Positions 1-13,289 of a stretch of 64,000 nucleotides of DNA are shown here, one piece after another. Positions within the stretch are counted from its first letter, which is position 1; every line of letters starts with the position of its first letter. The notes beneath the pieces were generated by a model. The model did not search any database, was not told the origin of the DNA, and worked only from the letters and a program-made list of their open reading frames with translations. This DNA comes from Octopus bimaculoides (lineage: Eukaryota), in the NCBI RefSeq assembly GCF_001194135.2, contig NC_068982.1:192237158-192301157 (forward strand), given 5' to 3'. The translations under genes and the position numbers were made by a program.

Positions 1-430
1 CCACACCTGAAACTTCTCCTCTAGTTCTGATAGTAACTCAGCAATTAGTGAAAGGTCATTAGCATAGAGGAGCTCCCAGGGGCATCCTGTCTTGAATTCC
101 TCTGTTATCGCCTGGAGGACTATGATAAATAGGAGGGGGCTGAGGACAGAACCTTAGTGGACCCCTACCTCTACCCGGAATTCTTCACTGTACTCATTGC
201 CAACCCTCACCTTACTGACAGCGTCTCTGTACATGGCTCACACAGCTCTCACTAACCATTCTTCTATCCCTAGTTTCCTCATTGACCACTTGATAAGGGA
301 TCGGGGGACCCTGTCAAAGGCTTTCTCCATGAAGATCAGAGACTTAAGGTGTTCTGGATTGTCAGACAGTGTGTTAGAAAGACTCAAGATGTGGGAGAGA
401 AGTTTGTAGAGACAGATAATGGTTCGCTTC
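1..430 (-). mobile_element. RTE-clade LINE reverse-transcriptase fragment (decayed)
   Basis: Reverse complement matches the RTE RT region at 52390-52700. The track ORFs 197-409(+) and 52207-52476(-) both start MPTLTLLTASLYMA, being antisense readings of the same RT segment. Confidence 0.75.
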
Positions 431-935
431 TCTTAATGATCCTGAAAAGAAAGAGGCATGGAAGAGCTACTTAGAAAGACTATTAAATGGGGAACATGAA
501 TGGGGGGAAAAAAGGGAGTCTTCCTCATGTGAACCCAACAGAGGGACCAGCTATCCTAGTTGACAGCAGCATGATAGATAAGGCAATTAAAGATATGAAG
601 ACAGAGAAGCCTATCAGGAGTCTCTGGCAAGATGCTCAAGATATGTGATAGAGTTGGATAAAATCCAGTCTCTGGTCTAGTTATTCAGGTTATTGAGGAA
701 GGTGGAATCCCTGGTGACTGATGCAGCAACATCATAGTCAACTGCTACAAGGGCAAGAGAGATGCCTTAGATAAAAGTAATTACAGAGGCATCGAATTAC
801 TGGACCAAATGATGAAAGTTGCAGAGAGAGAGAGAGTTAGAGCCCAATTAATTGGGAACCGAATTAGACGAGATGAAATGCAGTTTGGCTTTGTGCTAGC
901 ATGGAAGGTAGACGTTAAATGATGATGATGATGAT
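431..935 (+). mobile_element. RTE LINE RT N-terminal fragment plus (GAT)n-tailed 3' end
   Basis: Degenerate NCYKGKRDALDKSNYRGIELLDQMMKV and EMQFGF motifs, followed by gctagcatggaaggtagacgttaaa(tga)n. Confidence 0.7.
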
Positions 936-2194
936 ATGTATATATACACAGATGAGGAGGAGTTTAGGTCAAAGTAGCCCAAACTAACAGGTATGCAGTC
1001 TGAGTGCTCCAATTGACAAGCCACTAGGATCCCAGTTCAAACAAGGGATGGAGTTGTGATTGCACAAATATCCTTTTGGGAGAGAACCAGTTGTCAGTAG
1101 CTTACCTTTGAGTCAGTAGGTATAAGTTAAAGAAGAGGAAATTAATCAAGGCACGATTATGTCATTTAAATTTCTTTAGTTTAATTCAAGAGAGTTAATG
1201 CTAATACAATGTTGGTAGAATTATCTATATCTATTAATTCTACCTTCTTTGCATTAGCATTAACTCTCTAAAACTAAACTGAAGAAATATAAATGCTATA
1301 GGCAGGCCTTGATTAACTGATTTCCTCTTGTTTGATTTATATATATGTATATATATATCAACAGTTTTTTTTCTTCTGATGAACTATTACAAGGTCGGCT
1401 ATCTCTTTAACTCTGAGTAGTGGTGGAGACCTCTGACGAGAAACAAGATCATTCTGATCAAATTTTGAAATCACATGATAAGGCTTTGTCCAACTATTTC
1501 ATTTTGTGAGTTTATCTCACAAAGGAAATGCTGTTATCTGTTTGGATTGAGTGACTTAATTCTATTTAAAATCTTTCAACAAAGACATACTGCAAAGGAG
1601 ACTGGAGAATATATTTTCTTAAACGACGTACTAAAGTGCTTTAATTTGCTGAAAACTGAGTGTTGTTATTGTGTTATCAACATTATTGTAGTGTTGAAGT
1701 CTTGTTTTGATTCTAACTGGAATAATTTCATTCCTCTTTTACCAGAAATGTCCATGAAAAAGGTATTAATACCACATCATCTCATTTCTTTCACCACATT
1801 TGAATCTGTCATTTTTCCAAATAACATTCACATGTAACTCTGCTTTCTCCCTACATAAGTTGCCAGTTCTCTATCTGGTATCTTGTAGTTTCAAAGCACT
1901 GCCTGAGGATCCCTGACAAAATTGTGTAAGCTTTTTTCCACCATAGCTACAGTTTTGGCTTCAAGTTTTGATAAAGAAGAAATCTTTGTCAACTTGTAGT
2001 ATCATGTTTACAAAGTGTAGTTAATTGTTGGTCTGTGCTGCTACAATTAGACATGTTGAATTTATAAAACTATGTTGATACTAGGAACATACCATTTCAA
2101 ATGTCTGCTACGGTACTCTGCCATTCTTACCAGATTAGATGATTCTGTTCTGTTGCAGCAGCTGTAATATGTTCACTCATTCTCTCTCTTTCAG

Positions 2195-2669
2195 CACTGA
2201 ATATAATGCTGATTATGAAATCACAGCACACACACTTCTGGATGAACATAAAGCTGAGAAAGAGCAGAACCTTTGGCTTATAACCACCAAAGAACCTGAA
2301 GGAATTGCTTTGCCCCCTCGATGCTTGAAGACACCTCCTCCTCCTCCTCCTGTTGTTCCTTCTACAGAGGAAACTATTCCTGCTGTGAAAGAAGCTGAGA
2401 CCAAACCTGCAGGTATTTGTTGCTTAACCATTTCCGAGGAAGAGAGACAAGGTAAGGTTCACGACCTTCAAAACGAAGAATCGAGATTACATTCCCAATA
2501 CATTGAGGAACATACAAAAGCCCCTCGCTGTGGAAAGAAGGTTGGATTTGCAGACAATAAAGAGGACCTTCCCTGCAGTAACTGTAACCTTAGCAACAAC
2601 AGCAGTAATGACCACAACCAGGATGCTGTTGCCCCAACTACAACACCTGTTGAAGCTAGTAAAATGTAA
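2195..2669 (+). CDS. Probable terminal coding exon of an unidentified gene whose upstream exons lie mostly outside the window
   Basis: Strong acceptor cattctctctctttcag| (AG at 2193-2194, phase 2). Open frame TEYNADYEITAHTLLDEHKAEKEQNLWLITTKEPEGIALPPRCLKTPPPPPP to TAA at 2667-2669. Protein-like composition; AATAAA at 2783-2788. Confidence 0.6.
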
Positions 2670-3264
2670 TACAACAACAACAATGACAGCAACAACAATC
2701 ACTTCCATTAAAATATTGAAACTCCTCCCCCATCACCATGACAACAGATACTGTAACTCCAGTTCTTTTGTTAATTAATAACAATAAATTAAACAATGTG
2801 AACATCATTATTATTAATAGCAGCAATTATTAATCCATCTTCCAATTACAGTGATTGCTAAAGTAATTAACCACACTAATTAATATTCTGTAGTTGAAAC
2901 TTTGATATTTTAGAGATGATAAACATTAAACAATTGTTTAAATTTATTTATAATTTTCAATTCAGTGGGTTTTGTTGTTGTTTATTGTTTTATTTTATTC
3001 AAGTATGAAATTGTTGTTAGCTGTGGCCATGCTGGTGCACTTGTACCGTTTTAAGACAACTAAAGACAAGATGATCCAGGCTGGAACCCTTCAATCACAG
3101 GTCTACTTCGTCAGGTGTGATACTAAACATCATCAGCATCATCATCATCATCATCATCATTGTCATTGTCATTTTCATCGTCGTCGTCGTCGTCATCATT
3201 ATCATCAAGAACAACAACAATAGGTTTTAGTGAGGTTGATAAGATGTATGAAATTAAGTTGTTG

Positions 3265-3450
3265 TTGTTGTTGTTGTTTAGCCCTAGGTCATCTGATTTG
3301 ATATTAAAAACATTCCGCCCATGACTTTCGCATATTGTCTTTTATTCAGACATTGTGTATCTAGGACTACATTGCCTAATGTGTCCTTCATTTCTATGTA
3401 ATTTAAGCAAGATTTAGTTGTTGTTTCCAGCAGCTTGTGCTTCTTCCTTA
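3265..3450 (-). mobile_element. (AAC)n-tailed SINE-like or LINE-3'-end repeat (related pieces at ~18650-18845, 39720-39860, 44890-45070, 46700-46880, 60720-60900)
   Basis: Recurrent ctgctagaaatagcagc..aaatctccc...gacacattgga...gggctaaacaacaac sequence in both orientations. Confidence 0.6.
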
Positions 3451-3454
3451 AACT

Positions 3455-3718
3455 ACATCATCATCATCATCATCATCGTTTAACGTCCACCTTCCATGCT
3501 AGCATGGGTTGGACGATTTGATTGAGGACTGGTGAAACCGGATGGCAACACCAGGCTCCAATCTAATTTGGCAGAGTTTCTACAGCTGGATGCCCTTCCT
3601 AACGCCAACCACTCAGAGAGTGTAGTGGGTGCTTTTACGTGTCACCTGCACGAAAACGGCCACGCTCGAAATGGTGTCTTTTATGTGCCACCCGCACAAG
3701 AGCCAGTCCAGGGGCACT
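3455..3718 (-). mobile_element. 5'-truncated RTE 3' UTR copy with (GAT)n tail
   Basis: Matches the sequence following the RT stop at 53562-54030 (ggcgttaggaagggcatccagctgtagaaac...ggacgttaaacgatgatg). Confidence 0.85.
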
Positions 3719-4396
3719 GAAATAAATTTCATTTGACAACAAAATTAAGTTATTCAAGTTTTTTTTTTTTTTCCTTTTGTTCTTTGAATTTCAGTTTAAT
3801 ATTTTCCACTGTAAACAACTTTTATCATCATGTCTACCCTGAATTCTGATGGAAATTTCTGAAGCACAAAGACTGGGTTTTTCTTTCTTTTTGTTTGAAG
3901 AATTTTGTCTGGAGGGAGGGCTTGTCTCCATGACCTTCCTAAGCTTTCCAACACTGGTTAAGTTGAGGACATTTATCCCTAAGATCTTACACTGCCCACA
4001 CTTCTCTCTCTCTGCATCATGCAAGAAATTTAGTGCCAGGCATCAGTGTCAAAATTAAGAGATGGTGGGCAGAGTTATTCTCAGCCTCATCCCCCAAAAT
4101 ATAAAATATATTAATACATATTTTGCCAATATGTGTGCGTGTACAAGAGAACTATGTGAAACGTTACATATATATGTAAAGTAAAGAAAATATAAAGAAT
4201 AATCCAGAATCCTTGTCTGGTACCAGATCGATCCCAAAATCTAATGACACTGTGCCAGTCACAAGGCCAAACATACCTGAAAGTTTCATCCAAATCCATC
4301 AAACAGTTTTTGAGATATCTTGTCCACAAACAAACAAACACGACTGAAAACAATACCCCTGCCTTCGCTAAGGTGGAGGTAATAATAATAATAATA

Positions 4397-4432
<36 letters not shown>

Positions 4433-4435
<3 letters not shown>

Positions 4436-5575
4436 CAATCGCACTACTTCGGTATGAAGCTGGAATCATAAACTGGCAAAAGAAAAAAATTGATGAACCT
4501 GGAAATGAAGAGAATGCATGGAGCCTTCCCTGCTAAGAACGACACCAATAGGCTGTACTTGTCCAGAAGGCAGGAGAGGTTTGATCAGTTGCCAGGATTG
4601 TATTGAAGCAGATGAAAACAGCTTAGGGTGGGATGTTAAAAATACCATGGAGCCATTGCTGAAACAGGTGAAGAAGTCAGGCATCATGAAAATTGATAAT
4701 TGCGTAAAGAAAGAAAAGAACACAAAAAATGAATCAGCATGGAAGGAGAAAAAATGTGCAGTCAGTTTGCAAGAGATACAAGCACCAAGACCGATGCAGA
4801 AGACTGGTGACTGTGGATGAGGAGTGACCTAAAGATAGAGACAGAAGCACTTGTATGTGCAACACAAGAACAAGCATTACGAACTGTGTGAAGTGCAGAA
4901 TCAACAACACTAACAAGAGCAACAAATACAGAATGTGAAGTGAGAGGAGTAAAACAGAGTATGGCACATCGTTAACAAATGCCCAAAATCGGCACAACAC
5001 TGTGGAAAGAATGGTCCATTGGGAACTCTATGGAAATTATGGCTTACAAAGAGCAATGACATGGTATGAGCAAACCCCAGAAGGAATCACCAGGAATGAA
5101 GGTTGCAAAATCCTGCAATGCAATGATTCAGTGTGACCACCCGAGCAGATATTGGAAACCAGATATTATTGTGGTGAAAAAAAAAAGAAAGAAACTTGCA
5201 TAATGATCAACATAGCATGTCCTGGTGACAACAAGATCACAGAAAAAGGAGAAGGAATACTGAACAACTGTGACGATTTGAAGTAGAAAATGCAAAGGTT
5301 GTGGTCAATAAGGAGAATAGATGTGATACCAATAGTAATTGATGCACATGGAAGTATCAGCACTCTACTACCGACATGGCTAAAAAAGATTGGTACAAAT
5401 GTAAAGGTAGAACACTTCCAAAAATCAGCATTGCTTGGAACTACAAGAATTCTTCACAGGTTTCTTGAAGCATGACCAGTAACCAAGCATCACCTTTGCC
5501 TACTGGCTGTGGACAGCTGACACTTTCCATCATACCCAACTAAATAACCTGAGAGTTTTCATCAAATAATAATAG
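4433..5575 (+). mobile_element. R4/Dong-like non-LTR retrotransposon 3' part (RT C-terminus, CCHC finger, restriction-like endonuclease), frameshifted
   Basis: GRRGLISCQDCIEADE, QEQALRT, CPK..HN..ER.VHW, PDIIVV, IACPGD, IPIVI, QKSALLGTTRILHRFL across frames. Starts directly after the (AAT)n tract at 4381-4432. Confidence 0.8.
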
Positions 5576-7289
5576 TTTCAAATTTTGGCACAAGGCCTGC
5601 AATTTCGGAGTAGGGTGCGAGTCTATGACATTGACTCCAGAAGAAATACCACTAAGCAATTTGCTCAGTTTCGTACAAATTTGTGAGTCAAACATTTTCG
5701 AGAGGGATTCAGTCGCAATACTTCACCTGATTTGACTTGGTAGACCCCCACTCCCTCTCTGCCACCATCACAACATTATCCACCATCTTTGCAACAACAG
5801 CCTTGGGCCTCCATTTTGAATTCCGTATGTCTTACTTCTCGTGAACATACGAAATCAAAAAACAACATAGCACCCAAAAATTTTAGAGACACTTTTCTAT
5901 GTTCAGAACTGCCGAAGCAAAGAATAACCTACCTGTTCTAGTTGTTGGCTATCAGGACAATACATCCTTCAAAACTTCCATGGTTCCCGAAATTCGCCAA
6001 CAGGACACCTAATGCCCCACTTTTGGGGTTTTGTTTTTTGGAAACAACTCAGTCACTGTTCATTTTCTATTCTAGGTTCTGTTCATGTATTATCGGCCAC
6101 CTTTTCTTGCGAGCACTGTATACAATAAGTTCATTGTTCATCTCACATATATTATTGGGTGCTTACGTACATATACACATGGCGACCTATTTCTTTATTG
6201 ATTAGAAAATAGTCTCTGGTATCCCAGTTCCTTCTCAACCTTCAAGTTTGTGAGCAATGTAAGGGAGCTAATTCAACATAAAACACAGTTATCTCCCTTG
6301 GATGTAATTTTGTTTTTAAAAATATTTTTATGAAAAGGAAATTAATGAACACACATAAAGAGGAGGAAGATTTTACTCCTTTATTCTTAAACAGCTGGTG
6401 CTACACGAAATTGTTATTGCTGCCCATGATATTAATTCTCTGTAGTGTTGTTGTAGGATGGTGTCTGTATATCTCTGTCATTCTCAAAGAGAACAAATTT
6501 CATATTTAGATGCAGAACAGATCTCGGTCTCAAAGCGACGAAAATATTTTGACAAATTAAATTGAAATGTTGAAGTGAATCTAACGGTTTTGTATGTTTT
6601 TAAATGACTTATAAACACTTTCCACGCTGCAATTGTCTTTCTCCTATAAAACAACCTGTAACATTTATGTAAAGTATTTGTCCATTATTACGAATACAAA
6701 CAGATATGTACCGAGACCACGACACAGTTTTGTTACTAAACAAAGAACACGGCTGTTACAAGTTTATTTACTGATATGGCTCATAGAATTACTCGGGTAT
6801 CTTACACCCACATTTTAGTTCCCTTTTCGAATCTGGCACGTGCTGCCTACGAAGGCAATTATAGCAACATGCATATCTACGCTCGTGCGCGCGCACACAC
6901 AAACACATGAATACATACATGCATACATACATACATACATACACAGTGGTTGTCTACTCCTTACACAGAGTTTGACCACCTCCTGTACCTACACCTAAGA
7001 TCTATCATGGTGTTTGATGTAGCTTTTTAAACCAGACAATGTTTTGAAAAGGCACACACATAAATTGCATATCTGCTTTGAACCACCAAGAGCTGCAGTT
7101 AAGTTCTGATCTTTGTGGATCTTGAAATGTCTTTTGAGGCCTCTGTTAGATTTGCAGACCTTATGGCATACATGGCATTAACAGGTATGCACAGATAGGT
7201 AAACAGAGTTGTTGGTGGAGATTCATTTTCCATGGGTCCACAAATGAGATTTTAACCCAGCAAAAGAAAGGCGAGGTCTGTCACACATT

Positions 7290-9230
7290 GTACAGGCAAA
7301 AAGGTGGTTGGCATTCATTTTCTCATTGATTGTAGTATTTTTCTTTTGAGTTTCACATGGGTCATCTTGGTTTCTTCAAAAGCTTTCACTCCACTCTACA
7401 CTTTTGTTCACCATCCAGCTCAATCCAAAGCAAGGGTTTCTACAGCCTTTAGATCCATTCCAAGTGACTTCGTGTTAGTCCTTATACAGTCCTTAAACTT
7501 CTTTTTAGGTTTACACTGATTGAGTTTCCTTTCTGCAAGTTTTCCAGAAAACAACTTTTTGGGTGTGTGTTCATCTGCCACTCAAACAATGTGGCCAAAC
7601 AACCCTCATTTGATTTTTCAAGATCATTGACTTGAGTGAACTGATGCCTGCAGGTGCAAGAACATCTGTGTCTGGAGTAAAAATGTCCCGTTTAATGTTT
7701 AAAATGCAGCAAACATATTTTTGGTGGAATCGTTTTCACAATTTGAAATGTCTTTCATAACATGTCCATGTTTCAGAGGAATACAACTGGGATGGTCCGA
7801 CAAACGATTTGTAAAGAGCCAATTTTGTGTTGTTATTTATGTCATTGATGTCAAACATGTGACTCCAAACCAACAAATTCTTGGGCTACCCTTCCAATTC
7901 GCAGATGTATTTTTGTGTCCAGATTTCCATCATTTTGTACAGAGCTTCCAAGGTAGATGAAAGAGTCAACAACCTCAAGTAACTTACCCTTAACAAAAAT
8001 TTTAGTGGGGTTACATAAAGCACCACATACAGGTTGATACTTCACAACTGTTTTTCTAAGTTGATGGTCAAGCCAAAATCATCACAAGCTGAGTCAAATA
8101 CAGATACAAGAGATTGCAGGTCCGTTTCAGAGAGCCTGACTAGATCGTAATCATCAGCGTATAAAAGTTCCTTAATGAGTGAAGTTAAAATCTTTGTTTT
8201 GACTTTCAGTCTGGTCAGATTAAAAACACTCCCTGTTGTTCAATATTTTAGGTAAATACCCACCTCAGAGTTTTGAAAAGCAAGTAACAACACAACAGCA
8301 AAGTCTATTGCAAAGAGAGTGGGTGCATCAAGGTCTTTACTTCATTTTCCACAGCAAAAGATTCAGAGAGCCTACTACCAAAATTAACTCTACCTTTCAT
8401 ATTTTGATGCAAAGCCCTGATCATGTTTACAATTTTTTCTGGACAACCTATTTTCTTTAGAATTAACCATAGAGTATGAGTATTTCGATTAATAGTATTA
8501 AATGCCTTGCTACAATCACCAAAACAGTGGTTTAGTGTAAGATTCTGTTCTATGCACTTTTCCTGAAATTGCCTGATAGTAAAGATACAATAAACTGTGC
8601 CACTGGATAAGTGAAAAGCCATATTGAGACTCAGACATTATATTTGGAACTACAAAGGAATTTAAGTGTTCTAACAGAATACAGGCAAGTACCTTTCCAA
8701 CTATAGACAGAAGCGAAATCCCACAAAAATTACCACACAGGTCCTTTGGGCCTGATTTATACAAGGAGACTAAAATGGCATCAATCCAGCCTTGAGGCAC
8801 TTGTTCAGTTCTCCAACAGTGACAAATTAATATATCTAAGAGTTCAAACATTCTGTCACCGGTCACCCCCATATTTCAAGAGCTCTGCACAGGTTTCATC
8901 TGACCCCGGAGACTCATTGTTATTCAGCTTATTCACGACTAAATAAATGTCATTTAGAGTTGGTTCAAATGCCATCTCCTTTATAACTGGAAGGTGTTTG
9001 AGTATTTCTACTATTCATAAGTGCCTGTGCAGATGAATATTTTTTCAGAAGGTATAACTTGCACTGCACTACTCCCAAGAAGACTTTCACCAGTGTAGCA
9101 TGAGAATTGACAAACCAAGAACTCCCAAGGGCTCAGATTTCATTTCGGAGATTTCCTTCTCCTAGATTGAGTACCAACCTAGGTTAAAGAGCTTCTACCT
9201 GCCCATGAGCTAGGCTATCCCATGCCAGAT
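7290..9230 (-). mobile_element. RTE LINE (decayed ORF2) with a 5'UTR-like end near 9090-9230
   Basis: WRTEQVPQGWIDAILVSLYKSG..GISLLSIVGKVLACILLEHL, SESQYGF, DCSKAFNTIN, LEVVDSFIYLGS in track ORFs 8516-8872, 8305-8622 and 7851-8045. Confidence 0.85.
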
Positions 9231-9444
9231 ACCAAACCGACACCCAAACACTTCACAGAGTGATTAAGTATCATTCCGGCACCCAACATGGAGTAGCTCA
9301 CAAATACATGAAAAATGTAAAAGATATGAAAATTAAAAATATAAATAAAATAATATAATATAAAATGAATCAAGATTCAAAAATATGAATAAAATAAGAT
9401 ATATATATATATGTGTGTGTGTGTGTGTATGTATATATAAAATA

Positions 9445-10891
9445 TATATGGCAAATGAAAGACGAAAGATGGAATATATGAGAATTTATCATTGATTACA
9501 ACAATTGTTTTGACACATCTAGAATTGATCCCTCATGGGTGGGACACTCAACCTGATTTTCGGTTCGCATGTTTTAACCAGGATCACTGGAAAATTTTTT
9601 GCTGCTTTGGACAAATGTTTTCCTAAATCTAATCAGTATCATGCTAATTTTAATCAACATACAGTGAAGGTATCCTACACCAACTCTGCTAATTTGGAGC
9701 AGCTTATGCATCACATAAACCATAGCAAAATGTGACAAAGGTTCAATAACCCACCTAGTGGATCTAGTGAACATACACATCTAAAAGCTAACAAAGGAGA
9801 TGTAAACTGCAATGGAAAACATCAATTATGGCCAAATTGTAATAGTAGAAATACTTATGATACAGCTAACATGGTAACAACATCAGTAAATGGAGTCAGG
9901 ACTGCCTTATATACAAATAAATATGATAAATGCTCATGCAGGGGAAAATCAAAATGTCCATTGATGGATTTCTGTATGAGTACAAATCTTGTATATAAAT
10001 GTACCATGCACACAAGGGGAGGGCCGTATATGTACATTGGGCAGATTCATTTAAGAATTGTTATTGTAACCATGTTGCCAGCTTTAAAACAATCAATAAG
10101 AGACATTCAACATCTTTGGCCGATTTTGTATGGCAACTGAAGGAGGATAAAATGAGGTACAACATAACTTGGTCCATAGTAAGGTATGCGAGACCATACA
10201 ATATAATTTCCAGGAGATGCCGTCTCTGCTCCGAGGAATCCCTGTCTATTCTATGGACTAATGAGAAGATAATTAATAGAATCTCTGAAAGACTCTTAAG
10301 TAGTTTATATGCATATAAATGTACTTTTGCTCCATTCAATGAGAATGAATTTTGAGTAACTGTTAACGTAATTTACTCATGGATGACTGAAGTTTACTGT
10401 TAATCTCCCCATTCTTACAGACACCAAGTTATTAGTTAACTCACTTTGTGATCATGAGTGCACCAAACCTCACATGTGTCTATGCTCACATAGTCTTGGA
10501 TGCTTGTATGAGTGAGTGTATTCATGCCATGCAGCTTGCCCAAGGGCATTTATACATCCATATTTGTTAAAGGTTATTTTTAAGAGTTTTCTCATATTGC
10601 ATGTTTGTTTGTTTTTTTTCCATCTGTGATTTTATTTTTGATCTTCTATATAAATGAAGATATTTCCTCCATCTGGCTGTTTTTCTTTCTACAAAACGAG
10701 ACGTTACATTGCGGAACTGTTATTTTAATGAGTTGTGTCACCCAGTGAGATACATCTGCACCACCAGATGCTCCTGAACCAGTTGTTGAGTGTCCCACCC
10801 AAGAGGAATCAATGCTAGATGTGTCAAAACAATTGTCATGATTAATGATAAATTCATTATATTCCATCTTCTGCCTTTCATTTGCCATATA
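9445..10891 (+). mobile_element. Penelope-like element fragment (linker + GIY-YIG endonuclease) bracketed by ~107-bp inverted repeats
   Basis: NQHTVKVSYTNSANL; CSCRGKSKCPL; YIGQ..SFK..Y.NH..SF; CRLCSEESLSIL. Arms 9445-9552 and 10785-10891 are reverse complements at roughly 85-90% identity by eye. Confidence 0.8.
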
Positions 10892-10977
10892 CATAACGAT
10901 CGCTATGAAAGTGACCTTGCTTTACCAGTAATCTACCAGGTGTAAACCATTCGTTTTATTATCCAATATATATATAT

Positions 10978-11170
10978 NNNNNNNNNNNNNNNNNNNNNNN
11001 NNNNNNNNNNNNNNNNNNNNNNNNNNNNNNNNNNNNNNNNNNNNNNNNNNNNNNNNNNNNNNNNNNNNNNNNNNNNNNNNNNNNNNNNNNNNNNNNNNNN
11101 NNNNNNNNNNNNNNNNNNNNNNNNNNNNNNNNNNNNNNNNNNNNNNNNNNNNNNNNNNNNNNNNNNNNNN
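10978..11170. other. Assembly gap (further N-runs at 27197-27457, 28643-28842, 30313-30800, 61680-62176)
   Basis: Runs of N, mostly flanked by (TA)n, (GT)n or (CT)n microsatellites. Confidence 1.
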
Positions 11171-11520
11171 GGTTCTGGGTTCAGTCCCACTGCATGGCAC
11201 CTTGGGCAAGTGTCTTCTACTATAGCCTCGGGCCAACCAAAGCCTTGTGAGTGGATTTGGTAGATGGAAACTGAAAGAAGCCCGTCGTATATATGTATAT
11301 ATATATATATGTGTGTTTGTGTGTCTGTGTTTGTCCCCCCAACATCGCTTGACAACTGATGCTGGTGTGTTTACGTCCCCGTAACTTAGAGGTTTGGCAA
11401 AAGAGACCGATAGAATAAGTACTAGGCTTACAAAGAATAAGTCCTGGAGTCGATTTGCTCGACTAAAGGAGGTGCTCCAGCATGGCTGCAGTCAAATGAC
11501 TGAAACAAGTAAAAGAGTAA
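11171..11520 (+). mobile_element. tRNA-derived CORE-like SINE, 5' end lost in the gap
   Basis: B-box ggttcagtccc and CORE-like ggcaccttgggcaagtgtctt. Same family as 28460-28642. Confidence 0.75.
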
Positions 11521-13289
11521 ATATTGACATACGTCTTTTATTAACTTCATACACTAACACATTTTCTTACTATTGTTTACCTCTTCCATAATGTTTTGAC
11601 CTTGTTCACTATAACACTCTTTTTCAACATTTTTAGATTGTAACTCTTAATAATTATATTAATACTGTTAATGTAGGGATTAGTTTACAGATTTTGTCTC
11701 GTTATATATATTTTTATTTTTCATGTTTATGTTTATTCCTTGAATGATTTTAGGTATTTTCTTAGGAATTTGACCTGAAGAGTGACTGATTTTGGGAGTA
11801 AAATCATTTCCCCATTCTAATGAACTTGGATAGAATTTACTTATGGTTTTATATAGTCCTGTTTCAACCATGAAATGCATGTAGTCTACATTCTAGCACT
11901 GACTTTTATACATTTATACTTTCACACTTTATATTATTGTATTAAATTTTATTGCCCAATTTATAATTTTGATTTTTAAATTAATATTTTTATGATGAAT
12001 GTTTCTTTATATGATAGATTATATATTATTAAAATTATTAAAATTTTAGATTAAAATCTTAGATAAATGTAAAATGCACTGGTGCTGGTGTGACATAAAA
12101 AACAACACTTTGTACAGTGACTGGCATTAAGAAGGGTGTCCAGCCACAGAAACCATGCAAAAATAAACACCTGGAGTCTCGTGCAGCCCCCAACTTTACA
12201 GGTTGCTGTCAAACTGTCCAACTCATGACAGCATGAAAAACAGATGTTAAATGACATTGACAATGCTGATGATGCCACCAGCACTACCGTTGACAACACT
12301 GCCAACACCACTGCTGCTACAGACGTCACCACCACCACTGATGCTGCTGCCAGCACTCACGACTATGACAATGACTTGTTATTTGTTTGTTTCTTTTCTG
12401 TAAACCAATTTGGGAAATTTCTACTAAAACTATGTGAAAACACTTCTCTGCCAGACATTTACCATTATGGAAATCCTTTTCACAATTTTCTATTTAATTG
12501 AGGATGTATTTTCTTCCTCCTTCATCCTGCTAATGGATTGAATTTATAATTGAATTGTTCACAATCTTAAGCATTTATCAATTTAGTTAGAGATTTCATT
12601 ACAGAATTAAATACGAAGAAAATCTAGAAGCAGAGTCTTGATGTGAAGTTTGTCTCTTATTTAAAATATTGATTTATCTCATAGACACAGTGTAAGAGAT
12701 TTATAGGAAAGGAGAGGAATGAGAATGTGTGGTCTTCATACCTTTCTGATTAGATATATAAAGGAAGTGAAATGTTGAGATGTTATAGCAGTGAAACATG
12801 GACACTGACAAAGAAGTTATCAAAAGGGCTAAATGGAATCTAGACTAGGATGCCACAAATGGCCCTAAATGTGAAATTGCAGCCAACATATGAGAAATGA
12901 ATGCCTTTATGGAGACCTGTTGAAAGTTAGCAGGAAGATTGGGTAAAAAGACAGCCGCAACTATCTGGTCACTGTGTGTGCAATCCTGAGCTGCTGGAAG
13001 CATCCAAATTAGTCTTGTGGAACCTACTTCATGGTTGTGTAAGAAGAGAAAAATGTTGTCACAAACTTACATCAACAACTTGATTACAGAGAATGGCCTG
13101 GAATGTCTGCTGGACATTCCAGGCAGTGATGATGGACCAAGAAGTGTGGCCCAGGCTGGAACTCAACCATAATAATAATCTGAAGAAAATAACATACAGT
13201 TTAATGCTAGAAAATTCCAAGCTTTGTGCTACCAACACAAGAAGCTGAATGAAAAGTAGATAGGATACACTGGCCCAGGAGGGATTGTA

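Noticed and set aside
1400-2130. Additional upstream exons of the plus-strand gene or an identifiable transposon ORF
   Set aside because: Candidate micro-exons (1746-1762, 1889-1925) are weak, and the minus-strand frames have multiple stops with no motif I can name with confidence.
10646-10894. Protein-like 82-aa minus-strand ORF (MYMANERQKMEYNEF...)
   Set aside because: Half of it is the inverted-repeat arm of the Penelope-like element, also present at 9445-9552 where the frame is broken.
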